Shown here: piece after piece, positions 44,712 through 54,246 of the stretch
Numbering within the stretch: position 1 is the first letter of the stretch
Layout of the letters: every line of letters begins with the position of its first letter
Virus record (IMG/VR): IMGVR_UViG_3300020420_000015
Span: 1 to 59,379 of that record
Source of the DNA: a virus
Taxonomy: Duplodnaviria > Caudoviricetes
Length of the DNA: 59,379 nt
Strand: one strand, 5' to 3'
The notes under the pieces: generated by a model
Told to the model about the DNA's origin: nothing
Seen by the model: only the letters and a program-made list of their open reading frames with translations
Databases searched by the model: none
Translations under genes and position numbers: made by a program

Positions 44712-46826
44712 TTATACGGCTATCTTGTCTAGGCCTACCATTCGCCTGAGAGTAAGTTCTTCCATTTGATACTGCTTTAATTTCTCAGGGTCTAGTGGCA
44801 TTCCATTTTGGTCCACCCCAGAAGCAATCATTTTAGATACTGTGTTAAGCCTTGATATGACATTAGAGGCTGTTAAATCTTTATCACTGGCCTTTGCTAA
44901 TTTTGCTCTAGCGTTTATTAAATCAATAACGCCCTCGTTGTAGCGGTCTTGAGCTTCTCTGTAAGCTTTTAGACCAGCCGCACCGCCCTCACCTATTGCA
45001 CCAAGCAATGTGGGGTTGTCGGATGACATTATAGCTAAACCAGCCTGAGCAATAGCAAGCCACTTATCAGATTCTCTGTCTGCTTTTTGTGACTTCATTA
45101 GGTCAATGATTTCTTGCTCTAAAGTATTTACAGATTCTGTATCTTTAGTGTAATTGAACTCTTGTTCTTTTTGTTTGTTTTCTGCGTCTGTGCCAGTTTG
45201 TTGATTACCAGTGGCCTCATTTGCAGCTTCTGCTGCTCTGTCTTCTGCCAATTTTCTTGCGGCTTTTGCATCTTCTATGCGAGAGTCTTCTGTCCTAGCT
45301 ATATTGCGCCCCTTTGTAGTATCGCCCGGTTCTAGAACCACTGGTGGCCTGTTCGGGTCTGGAGCTTCGCGTTTAGGGTCATTTCTTCCGCCCGAACCTT
45401 TGGGGTCTGTTTCTACACGGTTTGGAGCCTGTCTTCGTCTTCTGCCCTCTGCATCAAATGGCCCATCTGACAACTGACTCTCTAGATAATCTTGTTGCGG
45501 TGTAGGACTTGAGCCGCTTGTCGCTGCCATTGCAGCCATAAGACCTGCTTTTTGGTCCTCTTGGGTTAAGTCTGATGCAGTTACACCCCTGTCTATTAAC
45601 TCTTGCGGCAAAAGAGCATCTGCAATTTTGTCTTCATCGTCAAACTGCGCCGCATTTATTGCAGTGTTTATCATCTCTTGAGAAAATGGTTGTTTGCCTT
45701 GCTCAAAACCAATGATGGCAGGTATAATTTCTGCGCCACGTTCAGCGAGATTTATAGGCTCATCTGGGTCTATGCCTGTTTTCTGAGAAAGAAACTCTAT
45801 ATAATTTTCTGTCGGATTATTATCTGAAGGTGGGGCGTATCTATTTGCCAAGCCCCTTAATGTGTTTATGCCGTATTGATTGCCATATGTCATCAAAAGC
45901 CTTTGTATAGCTCTAAGACCAGCCGCATCAGATACAAATTTAGCATATCCTTTATCTTGACCTGATTCACCAAAAAATCCAGCACCCGGCCTAATATTTC
46001 CGGGGTTGTTTAGCCTCATGCCAAGAGTGTCACGAGGAAGCCCGTTTTGAGCGCGTATTAAACCACCGTCGTATTTTTCATCCAACACTTTGTCGGCTGT
46101 CCCCACAAATATATTAGTGCCTTTCTTGTAGACCATACGTCTACCATCTTTACCTTTTCTAACCTCAAACTGATTAGATGACAGCTTCTTGCCGTGGTCT
46201 GTTTTGGAGAACAGTGCATCAACCAAACCACCTTCTTCATAGGGTATAACAGCAGGCATAGGCACAGGGCCACCCTTAACAGGCATTCTTCGGCTTGGGC
46301 TTTCAAAGGGAAGGTCAGCCCCCATGTTTGAAAATATTGGAAAAGGACGCCCAATGGCTGGCCTTATACGCTGGTCTATATTTAGGCCAAATCTAGGTGA
46401 CTCATCAAAATCTACCCCAAAACGTGATTCAGCCATGTCCTCGACTTCATCAAGAAAAGGGTCTACCTCTTGTGAGCTAATGCTTTTTTGAATGTCATTT
46501 CCAAACTGCATCAAGCCACCAGACCTCATGGCCTCTGGCATTGCAGAGCCTACAGCATTTTGTACCATGGTACTTTTCGGGGCCATGGCCTCTGACATAC
46601 CAGCAATACCAGACTGCGGCACACCAGCGGCGGCGATTGCCTCCTCAGCTACCGTAGGCTGTTGCGCGGCCTGACGTTTTGCAAAGTCATCTCTCATGCG
46701 CTTACGGCGCTGTATCTCACTAAGAACAAGAAACTGCGGAGCATTGCCAGAAGGCATTTGCATTTCATTAATAAGCTGGTCTTCAGAAAAGTTTTTAAGC
46801 TGGTCCTGAATATCAATAATGTTCAT
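44712..46826 (-). CDS. Internal virion/ejection protein with lysozyme-like domain
   Basis: RLNNPGNIR...G.RA...L..Y...RYAPPSDNN.T..Y motif. Confidence 0.7.
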   Translation of the reverse strand: MNIIDIQDQLKNFSEDQLINEMQMPSGNAPQFLVLSEIQRRKRMRDDFAKRQAAQQPTVAEEAIAAAGVPQSGIAGMSEAMAPKSTMVQNAVGSAMPEAMRSGGLMQFGNDIQKSISSQEVDPFLDEVEDMAESRFGVDFDESPRFGLNIDQRIRPAIGRPFPIFSNMGADLPFESPSRRMPVKGGPVPMPAVIPYEEGGLVDALFSKTDHGKKLSSNQFEVRKGKDGRRMVYKKGTNIFVGTADKVLDEKYDGGLIRAQNGLPRDTLGMRLNNPGNIRPGAGFFGESGQDKGYAKFVSDAAGLRAIQRLLMTYGNQYGINTLRGLANRYAPPSDNNPTENYIEFLSQKTGIDPDEPINLAERGAEIIPAIIGFEQGKQPFSQEMINTAINAAQFDDEDKIADALLPQELIDRGVTASDLTQEDQKAGLMAAMAATSGSSPTPQQDYLESQLSDGPFDAEGRRRRQAPNRVETDPKGSGGRNDPKREAPDPNRPPVVLEPGDTTKGRNIARTEDSRIEDAKAARKLAEDRAAEAANEATGNQQTGTDAENKQKEQEFNYTKDTESVNTLEQEIIDLMKSQKADRESDKWLAIAQAGLAIMSSDNPTLLGAIGEGGAAGLKAYREAQDRYNEGVIDLINARAKLAKASDKDLTASNVISRLNTVSKMIASGVDQNGMPLDPEKLKQYQMEELTLRRMVGLDKIAV

Positions 46827-47746
46827 AGCCCTGTTATTCCTTTATACAACCCTAAAGCCGAAACCCCCGTTCCAAGAAGTTGCTGTACAGGATTATAAGT
46901 GCCAAATTTAGTCGTTTCCGTAGATGGCTGTACTGGGACACCTCTAAGTATAGATGAAAGGAATTGTAACTGCTCTCTTGGGTAATCCCTTTGGCGTACA
47001 AAATCTTCATAACTTATATCAAGCCCAGCTTGCTCCTGCCTTTGTATGTCCTTGCCTATTTGCTCTAAAAGCTGTGCGGCCTGAACATCACCATCTCTAG
47101 CCGCCTGCCCTAATCTGGCTAATTGTGCGCCCTGCGCTCCAGCCATCTCTCCAGCGCCAAGTCCTATTCTTTCTGCATCTGCCATCGCTTGTCTATCAGC
47201 GGTAAGTTGTGCTGATGCCTGTTCAAATGCTTTCTGTTGCCCTTGAGCCTGTATCTCTGCAAGCTGGCGCGAAAGTTCGTTTTGAGCCATGCCTTGCGCG
47301 ATTGCTTGACGGGAGCCTCCGAATGCCCCAGCTTGAACTGCCTGAGCCGCCCTAGCGGCGTTTTGGTCTTGAAAATCTTGAATGGCCTTTGCTTTTTGAA
47401 CATCTACTACCTGTTGCATATATGGAGTCGTTCTTGCACGAATGGCATCTGGGCCAAACGCCTCTGCCTCATAGCCCATGCCTTGCTGTGCGCGGCCTAT
47501 AGCATCTCTGGTCGCGGCTTGTGCGTCACCTATGCCTGCAATCGGTCCTAGATTTCTAATTTGTCTTTGCGCTTCTAAAACATCTGGGGTAACGCCAGCT
47601 AGTCTTTGACCTTTGTATGGGTCATAATCTAGCTTTGACTCTGCCTCTGTGCGTTGCAACAGACGCTCGAAGTACGGCCTTACATATTTTGGAAGATTAG
47701 ACTGAACAACCGTTTGTTCTTGTGGTTGCTTAGAACCTTTACCCAT
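46823..47746 (-). CDS. Internal virion/DNA pilot protein
   Basis: MGKG N-terminus, PY.GQR.A, AGAFGGSR, Gln/Ala-rich, amphipathic C-terminus. Confidence 0.7.
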   Translation of the reverse strand: MGKGSKQPQEQTVVQSNLPKYVRPYFERLLQRTEAESKLDYDPYKGQRLAGVTPDVLEAQRQIRNLGPIAGIGDAQAATRDAIGRAQQGMGYEAEAFGPDAIRARTTPYMQQVVDVQKAKAIQDFQDQNAARAAQAVQAGAFGGSRQAIAQGMAQNELSRQLAEIQAQGQQKAFEQASAQLTADRQAMADAERIGLGAGEMAGAQGAQLARLGQAARDGDVQAAQLLEQIGKDIQRQEQAGLDISYEDFVRQRDYPREQLQFLSSILRGVPVQPSTETTKFGTYNPVQQLLGTGVSALGLYKGITGL

Positions 47747-48170
47747 TTCCTAACTCCATTCTATAAGCAATGTACTCTGGCTCCCAGCCATACTTTCCTA
47801 ACCAACGCTTCCAAGCTTTTCTTCCGTAGCTTTCTAAATGACTACATCCGCACTCTTTAGCGTATCCTTCAAGGGTTTTCTGCGCCATCGGCAACCATTC
47901 ACCCATTCTGCTTCCCCCAAGCCAATCCATAGCCAATGCTTTCCTACTTGGATATTGGATTATTCTTGTTGTTATAGCGGCAATAACATTCATACCTTCT
48001 TTTTCATCATCAATTATTAACCACAATCCATACATGCCGCTCTCAACGTCTTTATAAACATCGTCAATATGAAACTTGCCTTTTGATGTTTCTACTGACT
48101 TAATTAAAACTTTTGCTACGTCTCCCCAGACGATACCCAGAGCCTCTCTGGGAACTGCTGTAATCATCAT
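47739..48170 (-). CDS. GNAT-fold-like virion assembly protein
   Basis: LW......A.TT....YP....L....LGG..M..W...GC...E..GR..W. Confidence 0.55.
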   Translation of the reverse strand: MMITAVPREALGIVWGDVAKVLIKSVETSKGKFHIDDVYKDVESGMYGLWLIIDDEKEGMNVIAAITTRIIQYPSRKALAMDWLGGSRMGEWLPMAQKTLEGYAKECGCSHLESYGRKAWKRWLGKYGWEPEYIAYRMELGNG

Positions 48171-49180
48171 GCTGGTAGCATCATTCCTTTCGGCACTTGG
48201 TCAGGCTGTTCTGTCATACCAGTTCGCATCGTGCGAACTCTGTCCATCATTTCATATAAAGCTTTCGAGCCTGCGTCAGTCGAGCCGTTGCCCAACCCGC
48301 TAACCACATCCGCAGGTACAATAAACTCTCCATCGGATAGCACCACATCTTGCTCTCCTTCTAAGCTTGCGGGAATCATGTCGTCCATACCGTCTCCAAT
48401 GCCACTTACCTTACCTTCTGTGACATCTGAATCCATATCAAATTGACCGGATTGCACCCTTTTTACCAAGTCACGGAGAGCATCTTCTCCGTATCTTGCC
48501 ATAAATCTTCCCAACACAAGTTCTGGGTTAGATGACCTACCCTGTATTGCCTCTACAGCATCTGATATAAGCTCTTTATCATTAGGCTGTTCGGACATAT
48601 CCATGTCTCCACCCTCTTGATATTTAAGAGCCGCTAGACCACCCTCATTAAAGAACCTAAACTCAGGGTCTATGCCGCCCCTAAATCCGGGTGGCAAATC
48701 TCTTTGGATTCTTATTGGAGCATCCGCTTCTGGAATATCTCCGCCTTCATCAAACTCTGAATCAAATGCCCCTGCTTGGGGCTGGCCAAGTGCCATTAAG
48801 CCCGGAGCAGCTATACCAGCAGTCTGACCTAGATTTCCAGTAAGTGCGCCCATTGCCCCTTGTGCGCCACCTATTCCACTTCCAGCACCGCTTGACATAA
48901 AGTCAGTAAAGTTTGCGGCATTTTGCGCTGTTCCAGCAGGCAGTCCAGTTGCAACGCTTGAGGCCGCATCTCCAGCGCCACCTAAACCACCAAGAGCCTT
49001 ACCGCCCATGTAGGACATCAGGCCAGTACCGATAGCTGTTCCTAAATCATCGCCTTGCACCAGAGAGCCTAAGCCTGAGCCAAGAGCGCCAGCAAGAAGA
49101 GTTTTTCCAGCTAAAGCGCCTCCAAGCATGCCAGCGCCAGCTAATGCAGAGCCTCCTAGTCCAAACAAAAGTGGTAACAT
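48167..49180 (-). CDS. Internal virion protein, Gly-rich hydrophobic N-terminus
   Basis: C-terminal G.GDG.DD.IPA...LSDGEF.VPADVVS.LGNGS..AG..L. Confidence 0.7.
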   Translation of the reverse strand: MLPLLFGLGGSALAGAGMLGGALAGKTLLAGALGSGLGSLVQGDDLGTAIGTGLMSYMGGKALGGLGGAGDAASSVATGLPAGTAQNAANFTDFMSSGAGSGIGGAQGAMGALTGNLGQTAGIAAPGLMALGQPQAGAFDSEFDEGGDIPEADAPIRIQRDLPPGFRGGIDPEFRFFNEGGLAALKYQEGGDMDMSEQPNDKELISDAVEAIQGRSSNPELVLGRFMARYGEDALRDLVKRVQSGQFDMDSDVTEGKVSGIGDGMDDMIPASLEGEQDVVLSDGEFIVPADVVSGLGNGSTDAGSKALYEMMDRVRTMRTGMTEQPDQVPKGMMLPA

Positions 49181-49190
49181 AGTTTACTCC

Positions 49191-49601
49191 TTATAGCCCT
49201 GCGTATTCTGTCTTTGCATCGTATGATGGGCAAGCTTTTTCTGCGAAGTCTCTATGCCCATAAACTTCTGCCTCTGAATGTCTGTCAAGTATATCTTTGA
49301 TGAGTGTGACAAGGGAATCCTTCTGCTCCTCGGTTCGTGTGTCTTTAGGATTTCCCTCAGCGTCAGCCCCACCAACATAGCAGATGCCGATACTGTCGCT
49401 ATTATGGCCCCTACAGTGAGCGCCATTAATAGATTCATCACGGCCCGCATGAACAGAACCGTCAAGTTCCACAACCCAGTGATATCCAATATCGCTCCAG
49501 CCCCTCTCTTCAGTGTGCCAGCGCTTTATTTCTGATGTCTTTACATCGCGCCCCTCTGGGGTATCAGCGCAATGTACTATTATTTTTTTAATCTCCCGCA
49601 T
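49191..49601 (-). CDS. N-acetylmuramoyl-L-alanine amidase (T7 lysozyme-like endolysin)
   Basis: IIVHCAD...WH...GWSDIGYH...GAH..GHN..SIGICYVGG...GHRD...KACP. Confidence 0.92.
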   Translation of the reverse strand: MREIKKIIVHCADTPEGRDVKTSEIKRWHTEERGWSDIGYHWVVELDGSVHAGRDESINGAHCRGHNSDSIGICYVGGADAEGNPKDTRTEEQKDSLVTLIKDILDRHSEAEVYGHRDFAEKACPSYDAKTEYAGL

Positions 49602-50607
49602 ATCCGTCACCATAGCGTTCAATAAGGTTGTTAATAGGTATCCAAGTTCTTTCGTCTATTTTACCATCTTTTATTCTGATGTCGTAGACCCCGTATGACC
49701 ATCCAGTCAATGTATGTTTAGCATACTCTTCTAAATGCCCCTCCGGTAGGCTTGTACCTAAGTTTATCACATTTATTAGCTGGTTGCCCATCTTAGGATA
49801 CGTTTTATCTACTCTTTTGTGGGTATGGCCAAAAACAACGTCATGTAGACAATCTCTTGATATTTGATTTTCAGAATACATACCGCCGTATGCCTTACCC
49901 ATTGCATTTAGAGGGGTGTGTGTAAATCCAACATCTCCTATAAAATAAAATTCTCCATAAGGAGAGTAAGTCCAATCGTAATCCTCTAGTGTGGCAAACA
50001 ATATCTGGTCTAGCAGCTCAACAATCTCTGGATTTTTGTTGGTGTAAGACCATATTCTGTCCTCATGATTGCCCAGAGTAACATGCTTTTCAACCTTGTA
50101 GCCGCCCAAGCCTCTATGAAAAGACCTGATGGCCTGCTGAAAACTACGCATATCCTCCTTGAAAGATGGTTTTTGGCGACCCTTTACCGTGTCATTAGAA
50201 TCAAATCTATTTAATGACTCTACGCTAGCAAAATCACCTATCTGAATTATTTTGTCTACTTTGTTTTCTTTTGCGTACCTGCCCATAGCAAAGAATCTTT
50301 TTTTATCGGGCAGTCTTGGGCTATCGTGACAGTCACCTATAGCCAAAACATGTTTTGTTTCGTCTGGTCTAGATTTTCTCTGTTGTATTCTATAGACAGG
50401 CTTCAAAACTACTGTTGATTCTACCACGTTTGGCTTGGACAAAAGACCTCTACGTTTTGCTATGCGAAGCCTAGACATAAAGGTTGTATATGTTAAACCT
50501 AAATCTTTAGCGGCCTTGGTTGCATTACAAAAATGCTTATGGAAAGCAATTACTATTTCGTTTGCTTTTTCTTCACTTAAATGTGGTCTTGACATAATAC
50601 GCCTCAA
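49588..50607 (-). CDS. Calcineurin-like metallophosphoesterase with N-terminal HTH
   Basis: GDCH, GDFAS, GNHE, FTH, GHTH motifs; N-terminal ATKAAKDLGL. Confidence 0.85.
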   Translation of the reverse strand: MRRIMSRPHLSEEKANEIVIAFHKHFCNATKAAKDLGLTYTTFMSRLRIAKRRGLLSKPNVVESTVVLKPVYRIQQRKSRPDETKHVLAIGDCHDSPRLPDKKRFFAMGRYAKENKVDKIIQIGDFASVESLNRFDSNDTVKGRQKPSFKEDMRSFQQAIRSFHRGLGGYKVEKHVTLGNHEDRIWSYTNKNPEIVELLDQILFATLEDYDWTYSPYGEFYFIGDVGFTHTPLNAMGKAYGGMYSENQISRDCLHDVVFGHTHKRVDKTYPKMGNQLINVINLGTSLPEGHLEEYAKHTLTGWSYGVYDIRIKDGKIDERTWIPINNLIERYGDGYAGD

Positions 50608-50641
50608 TTAAAGCATTATGCGAATTATATCATTTACCAGC

Positions 50642-51037
50642 CTATTTTGTAACCTTTTTAACCTTTTCAAAGGTTCTGAGTCCGCCTAAGCCAAGCATTC
50701 CCAGCAAAACAGTCATTAGAGAATCCATATCAAATGTAGGTAGCTCTGATATTTCTACTCCAAGATAGGAACACACAAACATGGTCACAGGCGCTAAAAC
50801 AAAGTGCCAAGCCATAGCAAACGACAGACACCAGCCAAGAAAGGGTCGCCAGCCAGCCACAAAGATGGACTTATGTTGTGCTTCTGCTTTATTTATTTCT
50901 AACTGACCCATGATTTGCTCTTGCATATGCCGCTCTGACATAGTGGCAATTTCGTGAGCCAACTTTGCTTTTTGGTCTTTGTCTTCAATAAATTTGTCTA
51001 GTAGTCCTGTTACCGGACCTATAAGCGCCTGTATCAC
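50642..51037 (-). CDS. Holin (3TM/GTA-holin-like)
   Basis: GLLDKFIED...EINKAEA....FVAGWRPF.GW...GMLGLGGLRTFEK. Confidence 0.8.
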   Translation of the reverse strand: MIQALIGPVTGLLDKFIEDKDQKAKLAHEIATMSERHMQEQIMGQLEINKAEAQHKSIFVAGWRPFLGWCLSFAMAWHFVLAPVTMFVCSYLGVEISELPTFDMDSLMTVLLGMLGLGGLRTFEKVKKVTK

Positions 51038-51046
51038 TCTTATCTC

Positions 51047-51142
51047 CTACATACACAAATCGTCATATTTAATTGTGTGAAGCCTATGACCGGACAAATC
51101 CCCATGTCTTACTCTCCACAATTTTAACAGCCATTTAATCAT
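51047..51142 (-). CDS. 31-aa peptide (missing from ORF track)
   Basis: MIKWLLKLWRVRHGDLSGHRLHTIKYDDLCM fills the gap in the lysis region. Confidence 0.45.
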   Translation of the reverse strand: MIKWLLKLWRVRHGDLSGHRLHTIKYDDLCM

Positions 51143-51350
51143 TTCTTCTTCCTTTAGACTCTTGACCCATCCATATGCCAAATATACCTGTCATAACACC
51201 CATTATAACAGATACAAACGCGCTTTGTTGCATGGTTGGGTCTTCTAAATTCATAAACCATTCTGCACAACGCCAAGACATAGCTATACTGCAAATCATT
51301 GTTAGGCGAGCAACTGCGTTATATTCGATTATTTTTTTTATATAGTCCAT
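51135..51350 (-). CDS. Small two-TM membrane protein (lysis-associated)
   Basis: Two hydrophobic helices; WFM.L.DP...QSAFVS. Confidence 0.65.
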   Translation of the reverse strand: MDYIKKIIEYNAVARLTMICSIAMSWRCAEWFMNLEDPTMQQSAFVSVIMGVMTGIFGIWMGQESKGRRND

Positions 51351-51355
51351 TTGTA

Positions 51356-51586
51356 CTACGGTACAATTTTTACCGTCCCTGAATCATTGTACAGCGCACC
51401 GGACTCAAGCCCTGTTGCGGATGTAGGCAATGCAGTTAAAGTAATTGTTGTCGCCCGTATGTCTCCAGCAGTTCTTTCCTGCTCGATAAATATCTCTAAT
51501 GCTCTAAGCAAATCTTGCATATAGGTCAGAGAATATTCTGATGTTGGCTCAGGTAATCTAGGTGCTGGTAAATTGGTTAATGCCAT
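51356..51586 (-). CDS. Small tail-associated protein
   Basis: Coupled to tail tube gene; LPTSATGL.SG.LYND.GT. Confidence 0.6.
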   Translation of the reverse strand: MALTNLPAPRLPEPTSEYSLTYMQDLLRALEIFIEQERTAGDIRATTITLTALPTSATGLESGALYNDSGTVKIVP

Positions 51587-53496
51587 TATCTTCTTCCATC
51601 AGGCCTAATATTTACCCTTGGTGAACCTAGCTTCCATTTTGTACCCAAGGCGGCTGACTCAACTCGAACAGAGAATGAGCGCCCTCTTGTCCTTAGATTT
51701 AATTGTTCTGTAAATGTTTCTACAGGAGATGACGCAGTTCTAACAGCAGTGCCAGACGAAGTATTAGAATATGCAGCCCCCGGCTCTGTCCTAGATTTTA
51801 ATGTAAATGTCGCTTGTGGGCTTGCTAAAGAAGTTGAGCCTACAAATGTTAAGTCAGGTATTACCTTTGTCACCAAGCTAAAATTATCACCATCCTGTAT
51901 GTCCATTGGCGCTGACTCAATATAAGAATTCATAGCAGAGCCGTCATCATCATACTCGTATTCATGATTGTATAAATACGCACCCTGTGCCGCTATCGGG
52001 TATGCTCTGGTCCCTCTATCCAGCCAAGCAGAGCGGCTAAGAGTTCCGTAATACCATATGGTGTCTTTGTAATTATATATAACGTATCTGTCGTTTTCTC
52101 CGTCACCGCCATTGGCTACTGAATTTGTATCAGAGCAATATAGCCATATGACTTCAGAGAACTCTGAATTTACACCACCGTACACTTTGTCTGTTTGGCT
52201 CAAATTAAAATCTGCAAACACATGGTCTTTTACAGTGCATTCTAGTTGCTGTGTTTGCCCTGAGTAAACATAGAAATTATCTATACCCATCCAGTACACA
52301 ACGTCTTCAGTGGCAACGGCGGCGTTTGGACCCATGATGGTAATGTTTGATGCCAACTGCTGTAAGCCAAATGTAAACGGCGGTCCGATAAACCTCATTG
52401 AGTGAAGTGATGTATCTGTCCAGACCAAAATCTCACGCTTTGTCTCAACAGCCTGAACAAACTCCGAGCCAGAACCTAAAATTAAATCGCCAGCAGTATT
52501 AGATGTTGATGGAAACCAATCCACTGCGTTTTCTTGAGATGAAAATCTAATTAATAAAGGGTCTTGCGTTCCATTGCCCTGAGCCGCAGATGAACTTGAG
52601 TTAATAGCATCACAACCAAAAGCTATAACGTGTCTATCTTGGTCAGACACAAGCACCTGTTTAGCCACCGTGGGAACAGATTTGGCCCCAGCCTTTGTTG
52701 AAACCTCTACCGCTCTGGCGCTAAGACCGCCGGATTTATCCCAATAGTACAAATTAGAATCTCTGGCGTTTATAATAAGGTCTTCGCCAAAATTATCGTG
52801 CGACCATAGCCTTATCTCTGTAGATGTCGTAAGGGCAGAAGCCAAGCCCCAGCCTCCTGACCCCCATGTTCCAGCACCCCAACCCGTGCCACCAACCTGC
52901 GAGTTTAATCCCGCATTTATCTGATACGCACCAACAACAGAACTGCCTCCGTTACCAGAATCTGATGAGTTTGCAGTTACTGCATTTCCAGTAGTTGGGT
53001 CTTTGGCTGTTATTACATAAACACCAGAGCTTGTTACTGAATCAACCTGATACTCTTGATTCAGCACATCGGCGGTAATAAGACCGCCAAGAGTTGCAGC
53101 CCCGCTAAATGTAACAAAATCATTTATGTTAGCGCCATGATTTGTGTCTGACACTGTTATTGAAGACGACCCATTGCTTGCGCTAAAGGTAACATCACCA
53201 GCGGCTGTTGTGTCCCTAAGTGGCGTAATATCATTGAACGCCCCGCCCTCCTCAATATAATATTTTAAATGTGTGCCTAGACCAAGAAAGTTAGAGCCGT
53301 CCAGCGCTATCCAGTTATGTAAAGCACGACAAACGCCCTGAAAAGTATTTGCAGAATACTTTAACCAGCCACCAATTTTTTCTGGGTAGCCAAGGCGAAA
53401 TCTAATTTTATCACCATCAACCCAACCTCCCTCGTTTGAGTAAGGGGTAACATCTTTGTTAATGCCAGCTTTAAATTGTAGTTTTTGTAACGGCAT
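51586..53496 (-). CDS. Tail tube/nozzle (P22 gp10/T7 gp12-like) protein
   Basis: 636-aa Trp/Gly-rich beta-propeller-like protein ending PDGRR; upstream of ejection genes. Confidence 0.7.
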   Translation of the reverse strand: MPLQKLQFKAGINKDVTPYSNEGGWVDGDKIRFRLGYPEKIGGWLKYSANTFQGVCRALHNWIALDGSNFLGLGTHLKYYIEEGGAFNDITPLRDTTAAGDVTFSASNGSSSITVSDTNHGANINDFVTFSGAATLGGLITADVLNQEYQVDSVTSSGVYVITAKDPTTGNAVTANSSDSGNGGSSVVGAYQINAGLNSQVGGTGWGAGTWGSGGWGLASALTTSTEIRLWSHDNFGEDLIINARDSNLYYWDKSGGLSARAVEVSTKAGAKSVPTVAKQVLVSDQDRHVIAFGCDAINSSSSAAQGNGTQDPLLIRFSSQENAVDWFPSTSNTAGDLILGSGSEFVQAVETKREILVWTDTSLHSMRFIGPPFTFGLQQLASNITIMGPNAAVATEDVVYWMGIDNFYVYSGQTQQLECTVKDHVFADFNLSQTDKVYGGVNSEFSEVIWLYCSDTNSVANGGDGENDRYVIYNYKDTIWYYGTLSRSAWLDRGTRAYPIAAQGAYLYNHEYEYDDDGSAMNSYIESAPMDIQDGDNFSLVTKVIPDLTFVGSTSLASPQATFTLKSRTEPGAAYSNTSSGTAVRTASSPVETFTEQLNLRTRGRSFSVRVESAALGTKWKLGSPRVNIRPDGRR

Positions 53497-53503
53497 GACA
53501 CAC

Positions 53504-54244
53504 CTACGATGGTTGTGTTATGGATGCTGAGCTACTTGCGGTAAAAGTTCCGCCCAAAACGAGAGCGCCCTTACTCCAACTGGGTGGATTAGTGGCTTTA
53601 AATCCAAACCACTTATAGCCAGCGCTGTTTGCGGCACTTACATTATCTGTGGCCCATGTAATAATAGCATAATTGTAAGTGTTAGATGTATTGGTAATGG
53701 AATTTATAGTTCCATCAGCGTTCCAAGAAATACTGTATCCTCTTGCCCCACCAGTACTTCCGTTATACCCAGCATTCCATGCAGCCACAACATTAGTTAC
53801 AGTGCTGCTAGTTGTACCACCGTACAAAACCACATTGTTATTGTATGCTGTTACGTCTTCGTTTTGTGAAATTGTGATGCTTGCGCTAGTAATAAAGCCG
53901 CTTCCTGCATGAAACACAGGTTGCCAAGCCACAGCATTTGCACCATTAGAAATGGTAGAGGGGGCGGCTGTGCTGCTTTGTGAGGTAACTCCAAATCCAG
54001 AAGTGTAGCCCCCCGCCGCAAATTGATAAGCCATCCAAACTCTTAAGTCCCTCGATGAGGTTCCTGCTGAAGAGTAGAAGTCTTTAAGGCTAAGCTCCCC
54101 GGACTGTGGGACGGTACTGTTGACAGCATTGTCAGACACACTACCCCCGCCTCGATAGTATTCTTTAAGGCCATGAGGTGCAGAGCCACCAAAATTTGTA
54201 GCCAGTTGGCTTAATTTAATTTCACCGGAATCAGGTAGTGCCAT
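53504..54244 (-). CDS. Tail fibre tip/adhesin-like protein
   Basis: MALP.SG.I......FGG..PH.L.EYYRGG...VP.SG..SL.DFY N-terminus. Confidence 0.6.
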   Translation of the reverse strand: MALPDSGEIKLSQLATNFGGSAPHGLKEYYRGGGSVSDNAVNSTVPQSGELSLKDFYSSAGTSSRDLRVWMAYQFAAGGYTSGFGVTSQSSTAAPSTISNGANAVAWQPVFHAGSGFITSASITISQNEDVTAYNNNVVLYGGTTSSTVTNVVAAWNAGYNGSTGGARGYSISWNADGTINSITNTSNTYNYAIITWATDNVSAANSAGYKWFGFKATNPPSWSKGALVLGGTFTASSSASITQPS

Positions 54245-54246
54245 AA

